IMG/VR virus record: IMGVR_UViG_3300047352_000567
DNA: 64,000 nt
Strand: one strand, 5' to 3'
Source: an uncultured virus (IMG/VR IMGVR_UViG_3300047352_000567)
Lineage: Duplodnaviria; Heunggongvirae; Uroviricota; Caudoviricetes
Below are positions 49,997 through 58,743 of the stretch, piece after piece. Within the stretch, counting starts at the first letter, position 1; the number at the start of each line of letters is the position of its first letter. A model generated the notes under the pieces. That model did no database searches. It saw only the letters and a program-made list of their open reading frames with translations, and was not told where the DNA came from. The position numbers were made by a program, and so were the translations under genes.

Positions 49997-50389
49997 TCAT
50001 AAACAGTTCTCCAAATCTGGCTCAAAGTAATTTGGGCCTTTGAGTATTTTTCCATCCTCTCTTCGAATAGGCTTTCCATCTTCTCCGAGCTTTGACATAT
50101 TGCTTTCATGTACCTCTTTGAAGCACTCGTCTAAGTCGATACCATAAGCGTGGCCAGAGCCATATACAACATAGAGAATGTCTGTAAGTGCATCTGCAAT
50201 GCCCACCATGTCCCGTTGTTCCATAGCTTCTCCAAGCTCATCAATCTCCTCCTGTATCAGCTCTATTCTCAGCTCTCGAGTAGAAAAGTCAGGCCAGGTA
50301 GGTTCTATATGTACATCCTGGCCGAAAGCCTCCATAAAGTCGCCTACTAACTCAAAATTAGTGGCTCTTGGGTTGCTTCTTGTTTTCAT
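49997..50389 (-). CDS. MazG-like / PRA-PH-like NTP pyrophosphohydrolase
   Basis: LIQEEIDEL, IADALTDILYV, EVHESNMSKL and DGKILKGPNY motifs. Confidence 0.88.
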   Translation of the reverse strand: MKTRSNPRATNFELVGDFMEAFGQDVHIEPTWPDFSTRELRIELIQEEIDELGEAMEQRDMVGIADALTDILYVVYGSGHAYGIDLDECFKEVHESNMSKLGEDGKPIRREDGKILKGPNYFEPDLENCL

Positions 50390-50561
50390 CTCGTTGTCTC
50401 TTTTTCTCGCGTACTGCCGCAGCTTGTTTCATTCGATTCCGTTTTGCAGAAGGCTTTTCATAGTGCTCTTTTGACCGAAGGTCTATAAGTGAGTCCTTGG
50501 TTTTTCTTTTGAGTACACGCAAAGCACTTTCTACATTACCATTTCTAACTGATATTTTCAT
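50358..50561 (-). CDS. rpsU: Ribosomal protein bS21
   Basis: VRNGNVESALRVLKRK...EHYEKPSAKR. Confidence 0.88.
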   Translation of the reverse strand: MKISVRNGNVESALRVLKRKTKDSLIDLRSKEHYEKPSAKRNRMKQAAAVREKKRQRDENKKQPKSH

Positions 50562-50722
50562 TATTTACCGTAGACTATATTATCCCAATCTTGCTCACAG
50601 CTATTATAGTCTTCGTTCATTCCGAATCCGGCCGAAGCCAGTGCTTCTTCATCTGTTTCTACTAGGTATACGTCAAAGGTCGTATCTTCATCAAATAGTT
50701 CCATTTGTTCTGGGCCTATCAT
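50561..50722 (-). CDS. Acidic 53-aa protein (EALASAGFGMNEDY)
   Basis: AAGGAG RBS; translated by hand. Confidence 0.55.
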   Translation of the reverse strand: MIGPEQMELFDEDTTFDVYLVETDEEALASAGFGMNEDYNSCEQDWDNIVYGK

Positions 50723-51219
50723 TATTTTCTCTCCTTATAAAAGATATGTTCATTTATTTGAACAGTTTTTTCAAAATGTTTTGCCCACGCAGGGCTGCTA
50801 TATGTTGCATGATACCAAAGAGCTCCATCTACAATGTCCAGGAGTGGATCTGAGCTGTACACGAATAAAGCAGAGTACATACTATCATCCCAAGCTTTTT
50901 GATTTCGTATTGCGTCTGACTTCCCATCACAATACCAACTAAATTGGCAAGAGTGTAGATCAATTCCTCCGCTTGGATAATATCTAGCTTGTTTCACCAC
51001 CTCACACACAGTATTTGGAAACTTTGGTGAGTTCACGCGATTCATTGTTACCTGTCCTACAGCAACTCTACCAACCTGTGGCTGATTTCTACTCTCAAAG
51101 TAGATATTTGTTGCAAGACAGTAAATTTCTTCTCGAATATCTAATTCTTCTGCTACGACTTTTGGGGTAAACATTAAAGCTACTCCAAGTGTTGCAGCTA
51201 GGGCTTTTTGAATACCCAT
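50722..51219 (-). CDS. SleB-like cell wall hydrolase (Hydrolase_2)
   Basis: CLATNIYFESR, NRV...FPNTVCEVV, CQFSW and HIFY motifs; signal peptide. Confidence 0.9.
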   Translation of the reverse strand: MGIQKALAATLGVALMFTPKVVAEELDIREEIYCLATNIYFESRNQPQVGRVAVGQVTMNRVNSPKFPNTVCEVVKQARYYPSGGIDLHSCQFSWYCDGKSDAIRNQKAWDDSMYSALFVYSSDPLLDIVDGALWYHATYSSPAWAKHFEKTVQINEHIFYKERK

Positions 51220-51380
51220 CCTCTTTCCCTCAAGTATTTAGCTTGTTTAACACAAGAATTATAACTACGATCTGGAAATAGCTCTGCAAGTTCTTTTTCT
51301 TTACAAAAATAGTACTTCTGAGTCAGAAGGGCTCTCTCTTCATGGCTCCATGGTCGCTTCTTATAAATTCTCATTGTATT

Positions 51381-51475
51381 ATTATAATGGAATTGAGGTT
51401 TCATGTCAAGCACTATTTTTTATTTCTCTCCTAGTAAAAATAATTCTTGACATCAAAAGTCCTTGCGTGTATAAT
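51381..51475. promoter_or_regulatory. Divergent pair of consensus sigma70 promoters
   Basis: Minus strand 51381-51409 and plus strand 51447-51475, both TTGACA-17-TATAAT. Confidence 0.85.
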
Positions 51476-51755
51476 ATATAAACGTGATAGTAACAGCCTT
51501 AAGGAATTAAGTAGTGGAACCAATTAACATGTTAGAGTTACAAATACTAACAGTAATACTTTGTATGATAGGCTGTGCCTATGGCAGCTTCAAAGCAGGC
51601 CACAAGGCCGGCATTGAGCATGCCCTAGATTACTTAGAAGCTCAAGGAGTTATTGAGTTTACTGAAGATTAGGTCGGAGCACCTTTAACGCCCACAACTA
51701 AATCGGATGCCGAAAGGATCCACAGAGTGTACCGAAAGGGCACAAGGAGAAAACT

Positions 51756-52166
51756 ATGAACAATCTAGCAAGATTGAATGTGGCAGACTTCCCAAAATTC
51801 TTTTTGGGGTTTGACCGTTTTGAGAATGTAAACCCGAATATTGATGGGGCATACCCTCGATATAATATCGTAAAGACAGACGCTGGGTATCGAGTCGAGA
51901 TAGCAGTTCCAGGCTGGAACAAATCCGACATCGAAATATCACAGCATAAGGATGTCTTGACCGTGAAAGGTTTATGTAAGCTGACGGAAAAAGAAGGCGA
52001 GTCATATGTCTATAAGGGGTTGAGCGGAAAAGAGTTTGTGAGAACGTTTACGTTACACAAGCATGTGCAGCTCAAGAAAGCTTACATGAACAGGGGTCTA
52101 CTATGTATTGATCTGGATGAAGTAGTACCAGACGAAGAAAGACCCAAGATGATAAATATCGAGTAA
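51756..52166 (+). CDS. Small heat shock protein (Hsp20/IbpA-like)
   Basis: GFDRF, YPRYNI, EIAVPG, FVRTFTL and GLLCIDL motifs. Confidence 0.92.
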   Translation: MNNLARLNVADFPKFFLGFDRFENVNPNIDGAYPRYNIVKTDAGYRVEIAVPGWNKSDIEISQHKDVLTVKGLCKLTEKEGESYVYKGLSGKEFVRTFTLHKHVQLKKAYMNRGLLCIDLDEVVPDEERPKMINIE

Positions 52167-52328
52167 TAAATGTACAAAAAGGTCAGAAGTTATCTAGATA
52201 ACTGCGACGGTCTACTATGCGAAGCCATATGGTGTCAAGTCATATTCTGGGGAATGCTAGTAGCAGCCGCTTCACACTAACTAGAGGGCGGGGAAACCCG
52301 CCCATTTCTACCAAAAGAGAAGGAATTT

Positions 52329-52745
52329 ATGGAATTAAAAGACAGTAAAACAGTTCAGAATCTAAAAGATGCTTTTGCAGGCGAATCCCAAGCAAATCGC
52401 AGATATCTTTACTTTGCAGCAAAAGCTGACATTGAGGGCGAGAATGACGTGGCAGCAGTATTTCGCTCAACTGCAGAAGGTGAGACAGGCCACGCACACG
52501 GACATCTTGAGTATCTTGAAGCAGTAGGAGATCCAGCAACGGGGTTGCCTATGGGAGATACTCGTAAAAATTTAATGGCTTCTATCGAAGGTGAAACCCA
52601 TGAGTACACAGATATGTACCCAGGAATGGCAAAGACCGCGAGAGAAGAAGGGTTTGATGAAATCGCAGATTGGTTTGAGACACTTGCAAAAGCAGAGCGC
52701 TCTCATGCTAACCGATTCCAGAAGGCATTTGATGCCTTAGGTTAA
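52329..52745 (+). CDS. Rubrerythrin (short, ferritin-like di-iron)
   Basis: AFAGESQANRRYLYFA, EGETGHAHGH, EGETHEYTDMYP and AERSH motifs. Confidence 0.93.
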   Translation: MELKDSKTVQNLKDAFAGESQANRRYLYFAAKADIEGENDVAAVFRSTAEGETGHAHGHLEYLEAVGDPATGLPMGDTRKNLMASIEGETHEYTDMYPGMAKTAREEGFDEIADWFETLAKAERSHANRFQKAFDALG

Positions 52746-52751
52746 AAAGTT

Positions 52752-53162
52752 ATGGCACTATCATTTATTAAAGAGCTAGTTGGACCAGTCAGTGGTCTAG
52801 TATCAGAATTCATCGAAGACAAAGATGAAAGAAATAGATTAGCACACGAAATCGCTACTCTTGCAGAAAAACAACATCATGCTGAAGTCATGGCCCAAGT
52901 AGAAGTAAACAAAACAGAGGCAGCACATAAGTCTCTTTTTGTAGCGGGGTGGAGACCAGCTATTGGATGGATCTGCGGGCTGGGTATGCTCTCTAACTTT
53001 ATTATAGTGCCCATGACAAACTTTGTTCTAGCCCTTGCAGGCAGCCCTATTGTAGTGCCTCTTATTGACTTACAGACAATGATGCCGGTGCTTCTGGGTA
53101 TGCTAGGGCTGGGTGGCATGAGATCATTTGAGAAAGTCAAAGGAAAAGCAAGAGAGAAATAG
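52752..53162 (+). CDS. Holin (3TM / GTA-type)
   Basis: SLFVAGWRPAIGW...LLGMLGLGGMRSFEK. Confidence 0.8.
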   Translation: MALSFIKELVGPVSGLVSEFIEDKDERNRLAHEIATLAEKQHHAEVMAQVEVNKTEAAHKSLFVAGWRPAIGWICGLGMLSNFIIVPMTNFVLALAGSPIVVPLIDLQTMMPVLLGMLGLGGMRSFEKVKGKAREK

Positions 53163-53471
53163 ATGACAAAGAAGCAAAGAATAAAGAGTAAAAGGCTTGG
53201 ACCTTGTCAAGCACACGCTTATGTGCAAGACGAAGAAGAAATGAGAATGGATAGAATTGGTCAAAATGGAAATGATGGAGAACACTATATGGAGTTAGAT
53301 GCGCTTATTAAACAGCAACAAGAAGCAGAACCTTTTCTCTTTAGGCATGAAGACACTCAAGAGGATGGCCGCTGGAATTGGTACGGGGTCGAAGAAGAGG
53401 AGGATGCAACGGGCGCAGAAGACGAAGTTGATAGCATTAAAAAGCCCCGAAGAGGAAGCTATGAAATTTGA
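53163..53471 (+). CDS. Hypothetical acidic protein
   Basis: RIGQNGNDGEHY motif. Confidence 0.6.
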   Translation: MTKKQRIKSKRLGPCQAHAYVQDEEEMRMDRIGQNGNDGEHYMELDALIKQQQEAEPFLFRHEDTQEDGRWNWYGVEEEEDATGAEDEVDSIKKPRRGSYEI

Positions 53472-53913
53472 TAGATTGTACGAAAGGCTCAAGATAGACG
53501 AAGGTTGTAAGTTTGAAATCTATGACGATCATCTTGGATATAAAACTTTTGGCATTGGTCATCTTGTAAAAGAAACAGATGAAGAGCATGGCTGGCCTTG
53601 TGGTACTCCTATTAGTGAAGAGCGTGTAATGCAGTGCTTTCGGGAAGATACTCAAATTGCAATACGAGAGTGTTATGCACTCTATGGAGAGTCTTACTTT
53701 GAAGACTTTCCAGAAGAAGTTCAAGAAGTTTTAGTAAACATGATGTTTAATCTTGGTCGTCCTCGCCTATCAAAATTCAAAAATATGCGAGCAGCGTTAA
53801 ATATAGGTGATTGGAAATTAGCTGCAATAGAGGGGCGAGACTCTTTATGGTATCGCCAAGTAACTAACCGCGCCGAACGGCTAATGTCCAGGCTAGAAAA
53901 TGTTCAATCTTAA
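53461..53913 (+). CDS. Lysozyme (T4-like GH24 endolysin)
   Basis: DEG...YDDHLGYKTFGIGHL, NMMFNLG and WYRQVTNRAERL motifs; start at ATG 53461. Confidence 0.9.
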   Translation: MKFDRLYERLKIDEGCKFEIYDDHLGYKTFGIGHLVKETDEEHGWPCGTPISEERVMQCFREDTQIAIRECYALYGESYFEDFPEEVQEVLVNMMFNLGRPRLSKFKNMRAALNIGDWKLAAIEGRDSLWYRQVTNRAERLMSRLENVQS

Positions 53914-54607
53914 CTTAACAATAGTTATTCCCTCCAAAAATGAAGAGGAGTACATTGGACATCTACTAGATGATTTACAGATGCAGTTTTTAGGAGACAC
54001 ACCTATTTATATAGCGGATTGTTCTACAGACAATACTAGAGCTGTAATTGAAGAGCATAAAGGACGCCTAAATGTAAAAGTTATTGAAGGCGGGCCTGTC
54101 TCAGAGGCACGAAACAAAGGCGCAAAGCTTGCAGAAAGTAAGTACTTATTATTTATTGATGCTGATGTTCGTTTCTTTGAGCTTACTTGTATTGCACGAA
54201 CCTGCAGAATGATGGAGAAAGAAGATCTACACTTACTTGGATTAAAAGCAAAGTGTTATGACGATGATAGACTTGCCATACTCGGTTATAAAGTATTTAA
54301 CTTTATAAATAAAATTATGTCCAAAAAGATTCCTTTTGCAGTTGGTGCATATATGCTAACACGCACGGATAAGTTCAGAGAGTATGGTGGATTTCCTGAG
54401 AAATACAAAACCTCAGAAGATTTCTTTTTATCCAAGATGTATGACCCCAAACATTTCAAACTAGCAAATCACTATTTCGGACAAGACAGTCGTAGACTGA
54501 AAAAGATGGGATACTTTGGAATGGCAAAGTATTTAATTAAAAACTTTATAAATAGAGACAACACAAAGTATTGGGAGCAAATGGATGGAAGCAAGTACTG
54601 GGACTAA
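53900..54607 (+). CDS. Family 2 glycosyltransferase
   Basis: IVIPSKNEE, DCSTDNT, ARNKGA, FIDAD and SED motifs. Confidence 0.9.
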   Translation: MFNLNLTIVIPSKNEEEYIGHLLDDLQMQFLGDTPIYIADCSTDNTRAVIEEHKGRLNVKVIEGGPVSEARNKGAKLAESKYLLFIDADVRFFELTCIARTCRMMEKEDLHLLGLKAKCYDDDRLAILGYKVFNFINKIMSKKIPFAVGAYMLTRTDKFREYGGFPEKYKTSEDFFLSKMYDPKHFKLANHYFGQDSRRLKKMGYFGMAKYLIKNFINRDNTKYWEQMDGSKYWD

Positions 54608-55331
54608 GTATCGAGCAGTATTTATATCAGACTTACATTTAGGTTCAAAGCACTGTAACTCAGACGCACTGCTGGAGTTTCTTACAAATATAAATACAGA
54701 AAAACTTTTCCTAGTGGGGGATATTATTGATGGCTGGAGATTACAGAAAAAATGGTTTTGGCCAAACAAACACAATCGTATCCTACAAAAAATTTTAAAA
54801 ATATCTAAAGACATTGAGGTTGTTTACATAACAGGAAATCATGATGAGTTCTTACGGGCTCTTCCTGGAATGTCTTTTGGAAACATTTCAATAGAAAATC
54901 GAGTAAGCTATTTAGGGTTGGATGGGAAAAAATATCTTGTAACACACGGAGATATTTTTGACAATCTAATGAGAACAAAAAGCGGTCGATTTATAATGCA
55001 TCTGGGCGACTTTGCATACGATGGGCTATTATACATAAATAGATTAGTAATAGGGTTTCGTAAACTATTTAATCTGCCCCCCTGGAGTCTTGCCAAGTAT
55101 CTAAAAAGAAAAGCAAAAGCAGCTTCAAACTATATAAACCATTTTTCTCTTGAAATGTCTAAATACTGTAAGCGTAAAGGCTATGACGGGGTTATCTGCG
55201 GTCACATACATCACGCTGAAATAGTAGAATATGATGGCATAAAGTACATGAATGATGGAGATTGGTGTGAATCTTGTACAGCACTTGTAGAGACTCAGGA
55301 CGGTGATTGGAAAATTATTAACAGGCAATAA
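54585..55331 (+). CDS. PlcP-like phospholipase C (LpxH-like metallophosphoesterase)
   Basis: SDLHLG, GDIIDGW, GNHDEFL, HGD, GHIH and GDWCESCTA motifs; GNH as in PlcP rather than the GNR of E. coli-type LpxH. Confidence 0.8.
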   Translation: MEASTGTKYRAVFISDLHLGSKHCNSDALLEFLTNINTEKLFLVGDIIDGWRLQKKWFWPNKHNRILQKILKISKDIEVVYITGNHDEFLRALPGMSFGNISIENRVSYLGLDGKKYLVTHGDIFDNLMRTKSGRFIMHLGDFAYDGLLYINRLVIGFRKLFNLPPWSLAKYLKRKAKAASNYINHFSLEMSKYCKRKGYDGVICGHIHHAEIVEYDGIKYMNDGDWCESCTALVETQDGDWKIINRQ

Positions 55332-55503
55332 CTATAATGGAAAAATTTATGGAAGAGCATCCTCTTCTTTCTTTTATACTTCTACCTACTTTGGTAATCG
55401 GTCTTGCCGGTTGCTTTATGGCAGTAGCAATCTTTATGATTAGACTCGGTTTATCATAAAATATTTCTTGACAATTTTAACTTAAACGAGTATAATACTC
55501 ACT

Positions 55504-56076
55504 ATGAATATTTTTGTACTTGACGAAGACCTAGACAAATGTGCTGAAGCTCATGTAGATAAGCACATCGTAAAAATGCCACTTGAAGCAGCTCAGATGC
55601 TTTGCACAAATATGTGGATAGACAAATATTTTGGGCACATACCCGAAAAAGTATCCAAAGAACAGCTTGCAGTGTTAAGAGAGGCAAAGAAAAATGAACC
55701 AAGAGACTTCCCCTACCTTCCTACAATGCACAACCACCCTTGCACTATCTGGGCTCGTACTAGCATGGATAACCATGAGTGGCTACACTGCTATGCAGTT
55801 GCACTCGATGACGAGTACCGATACAGATATGGAAAAAGCCATAAATCAGTGCATGAGGTCATCCTTAAACTTCCAGAGCCCTTACATATACCAAGAATCG
55901 GACTTACTCCTTTTGCTCAGGCAATGCCAGAGGAGCTTAAAGGAGAAGACGCTATTGAAGCCTACAGACGATTCTACCACAAAGACAAAGCCACATTTGC
56001 TAGCTGGAAGTATCGTGAAAAACCCACCTGGTGGAACGAAGGAGAAGCAGACTACGAGGAGCGAATAACAAGATGA
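55504..56076 (+). CDS. Pyrimidine-dimer DNA glycosylase (DenV)-like protein
   Basis: MNIFVLD...DKHIVKMPLEAAQML...NHPCTIW...AQAMP; own promoter at 55468-55496. Confidence 0.7.
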   Translation: MNIFVLDEDLDKCAEAHVDKHIVKMPLEAAQMLCTNMWIDKYFGHIPEKVSKEQLAVLREAKKNEPRDFPYLPTMHNHPCTIWARTSMDNHEWLHCYAVALDDEYRYRYGKSHKSVHEVILKLPEPLHIPRIGLTPFAQAMPEELKGEDAIEAYRRFYHKDKATFASWKYREKPTWWNEGEADYEERITR

Positions 56077-56229
56077 CAGAGCAAAAAATAGTTGAAATGT
56101 GGAGAGCCTACTACGGAGAAGCAAACAAAAAGCTTTGGAGAGTAGTAGAGCTGAATAAAGAGGGAAGAATACTTTCTACGCGAATGTTCCATAAAAAGAA
56201 ACACGCAAAAGCGTGCATGGAGAGAATTT

Positions 56230-56664
56230 GTGACAGGTATTAAGTATGATAGTGCAAAGCCAAGAATGAATCTTCTTCCGCCGAAAGCTATTGTAGAAGT
56301 ATCAAAAGTGCTTACTTTTGGAGCCGAGAAGTATGATGCAGAAAACTGGCGCAAGCTAGACGATTTACAAAATAGATACACTGCCGGTGCACTTCGGCAC
56401 ATATTTGCACACATGGATGGAGAGCAGTTAGATCCAGAAACAGAGCTGTCTCATTTAGCGCATGCTCTTTGTTGTTTATTGTTTAAGTTGGAGATTGAAT
56501 TAGAAGATGCCAAGATTAAAGAAGAAAAGCCACGAGAAACTAACATCACAGAATATAGACCATGTGATAAAGCTCTTGAAGCCTACAGACAAGAAGTCGA
56601 AACCGATTACAAAAAGAGAAGCATGCAACATATTAAACATCTCGTACAATACTACAAGACTTGA
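56230..56664 (+). CDS. dATP/dGTP diphosphohydrolase domain protein (DUF5664-like)
   Basis: KYDSAKPRMNLLP...FGAEKY...NWRK...DPETELSHLAHA. Confidence 0.8.
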   Translation: MTGIKYDSAKPRMNLLPPKAIVEVSKVLTFGAEKYDAENWRKLDDLQNRYTAGALRHIFAHMDGEQLDPETELSHLAHALCCLLFKLEIELEDAKIKEEKPRETNITEYRPCDKALEAYRQEVETDYKKRSMQHIKHLVQYYKT

Positions 56665-57226
56665 TAAGATAATTGAAGACTTTCACGAGCAAAGAGAATA
56701 TCGCTCAAGACGAGTCTCACAAAATCGTGGCAGACCAGCAAGACCGGATGAGATTAAAGATATTATTTCAGAGTATCTGGCCGGAGAGAATGTAAGTAAT
56801 ATTGCGAAAGGTTTATACCGATCTGCGTCTTTTGTAAAAAACATTCTTGAGAAAGTGGGAGTTCCACAAAGACCTGTTTCAGTAGAAGATAGAAAAACAC
56901 CTATGTATTTACCGGAGCAGTGTGTTTCTGATACTTTTGAAGAAGGAGAGATTGTTTGGTCAGCATCAAATCACGCACCTGCAGTTGTCGAAAAGAAATA
57001 TACAAAGGAGTACCAAGACTCCAAGCCAGGTCTTATGACTCAGGACTATGAGAAAACTTATGGATGCTCTGTATTTTCTATTTATGTTCGGCAAAAGCCG
57101 TCTGGCGATTTGGAGGACTTTTATCACGCGACTGACATTGGTGGGTTTTACAGCTATGCTACTGCTTATGATCTAGGTAAACTTAGTCATTTAGAGCAGT
57201 ATGGAATTGATTTAACTAAATTATGA
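56507..57226 (+). CDS. T5 D2-like protein
   Basis: TKREACNIL...EYLAGENVSNIAKGLYRS...FEEGEIVW; T5 synteny. Confidence 0.75.
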   Translation: MPRLKKKSHEKLTSQNIDHVIKLLKPTDKKSKPITKREACNILNISYNTTRLDKIIEDFHEQREYRSRRVSQNRGRPARPDEIKDIISEYLAGENVSNIAKGLYRSASFVKNILEKVGVPQRPVSVEDRKTPMYLPEQCVSDTFEEGEIVWSASNHAPAVVEKKYTKEYQDSKPGLMTQDYEKTYGCSVFSIYVRQKPSGDLEDFYHATDIGGFYSYATAYDLGKLSHLEQYGIDLTKL

Positions 57227-57465
57227 GTATTCAAACAGCAACAATATTGAACACACTCTATAGTTGTAGTAAGGTGTATATGTCTTTTTACAGTTTAACT
57301 TCTGAAGGAAAAATGCATGAAGGACACTATACTCTTAAAAAGAAACTTATAGAAAGACAATCAAACGAATCAGATACTCTTGTTGTTTGGGATGTTGACA
57401 ACGACTGTTGGCAGGACATAAGAGTAAGTACAATAAACTATTGGATAGGATTGCCGGATGAGTGA
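57223..57465 (+). CDS. Hypothetical protein (WYL/SH3-like)
   Basis: VWDVDNDCWQDIRV motif. Confidence 0.55.
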   Translation: MSIQTATILNTLYSCSKVYMSFYSLTSEGKMHEGHYTLKKKLIERQSNESDTLVVWDVDNDCWQDIRVSTINYWIGLPDE

Positions 57466-57615
57466 AAAATATATAGGACGTTTTTGGTGTTACTTGCGAA
57501 GAGAGTATTACTGCTGGAGCGAGTACATTGCATTTTATAGACGGCTTGAGAAAAATAAATCTTGACATATTTGTCAAAATCGCCTATAATAGTATTCACA
57601 AAATGAAGGAAACCA

Positions 57616-58059
57616 ATGGGCGACCGATTTTATCAGCAACAACTAGAAACCCTGGGCAGTTGTCCAGGATCCAGATCAACAACAAAAAGGAAACGCAGAA
57701 TGGCGTGGGATGATGACAAAAAAGCTGCTGTTATTGCAGCATACGAAGAAGCAAACCCAACTCCCGAAACTTCAATGGAAGTTGTAAAAGAGATTGCAGA
57801 TGAGTTTGAAGAGTCTGCAAACGGTGTGCGAATGATTCTAAGCAAAGCAGGTGTGTATGTAAAAAAGACACCAGCAGCTGGAAGTGGATCGAGCCAGTCC
57901 TCCGGTGGTGGTAGTCGAGTTTCAAAAGCAGCAGCACAAGAAACTTTGATTGCAGCTCTCACAGATGCGGGCGTAGAGATCGACAATGATATAGTAGAAA
58001 AGCTGACAGGTAAAGCTGCACAGTATTTCGCCGGAGTGATTACTCAAGTAAATAGCTAG
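57616..58059 (+). CDS. T5 D3-like DNA-binding protein
   Basis: MAWDDDKK...NGVRMILSKAGVYVKK...RVSKA; second start at 57700; promoter 57562-57590. Confidence 0.75.
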   Translation: MGDRFYQQQLETLGSCPGSRSTTKRKRRMAWDDDKKAAVIAAYEEANPTPETSMEVVKEIADEFEESANGVRMILSKAGVYVKKTPAAGSGSSQSSGGGSRVSKAAAQETLIAALTDAGVEIDNDIVEKLTGKAAQYFAGVITQVNS

Positions 58060-58119
58060 GCTCTTCTCCTTTGAGTTGGGAAAGTAAAAAATATTTTGCT
58101 AACCCACCTAAGGAGCCAA

Positions 58120-58386
58120 ATGAAAAAAGAGGATTTAGCAAAGCTAGTAGTTGAGTACGGTGATGCAATCATTACCTATCGAAGCGAAAACTCCAAAAAG
58201 CTAAAGTACAATGTGTGTACGCTTGACTTTAGCACCCCCTATATCCAAACAAAGAAAAATCGGGCAAAAGAGTCTGACCGGACTCTTTTGCTCTTTTGTT
58301 GGGATACAGACTCATATAGACTACTCAAGCCAGAGCACGTTACAAGTGTAGTTCCTCTAGCTTCCATATTAAAAAATGGGAGGTAG
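58120..58386 (+). CDS. Conserved T5-like hypothetical protein
   Basis: AAGGAG RBS; synteny after D3. Confidence 0.7.
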   Translation: MKKEDLAKLVVEYGDAIITYRSENSKKLKYNVCTLDFSTPYIQTKKNRAKESDRTLLLFCWDTDSYRLLKPEHVTSVVPLASILKNGR

Positions 58387-58387
58387 C

Positions 58388-58687
58388 ATGGAGTTACATG
58401 AAGCAGCTCCTGTGTATGAAAAAATAATACACTATGATGAAGTTAAAGAGACACAGATACGTCTAACTGTAAGTTCTTTTCGTGGAATTGAATACTTGCA
58501 TGTTCGCAAGTATTACTTAGGTTTTGATGAAGAGTGGCTACCCTCCGCCGATGGAATTGCAATGGAGTTAGATTTTGATAACTCACGAGAACTTTTTTCT
58601 GGGCTAGTAGAGATACTTTCATTGGCAGAAAGTAAAGAAATACTGGAAGAGCACTTCAAAGATTTTATTGATGAAATCTATAAATAA
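58388..58687 (+). CDS. PC4/p15-like ssDNA-binding protein
   Basis: IRLTVSSFRGIEYLHVRKYY...WLPSADGI. Confidence 0.75.
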   Translation: MELHEAAPVYEKIIHYDEVKETQIRLTVSSFRGIEYLHVRKYYLGFDEEWLPSADGIAMELDFDNSRELFSGLVEILSLAESKEILEEHFKDFIDEIYK

Positions 58688-58743
58688 TTCTTGACTTTTA
58701 TAATAAAATCCTCTATAATATACTGTAAATAAATGAGGAAACT

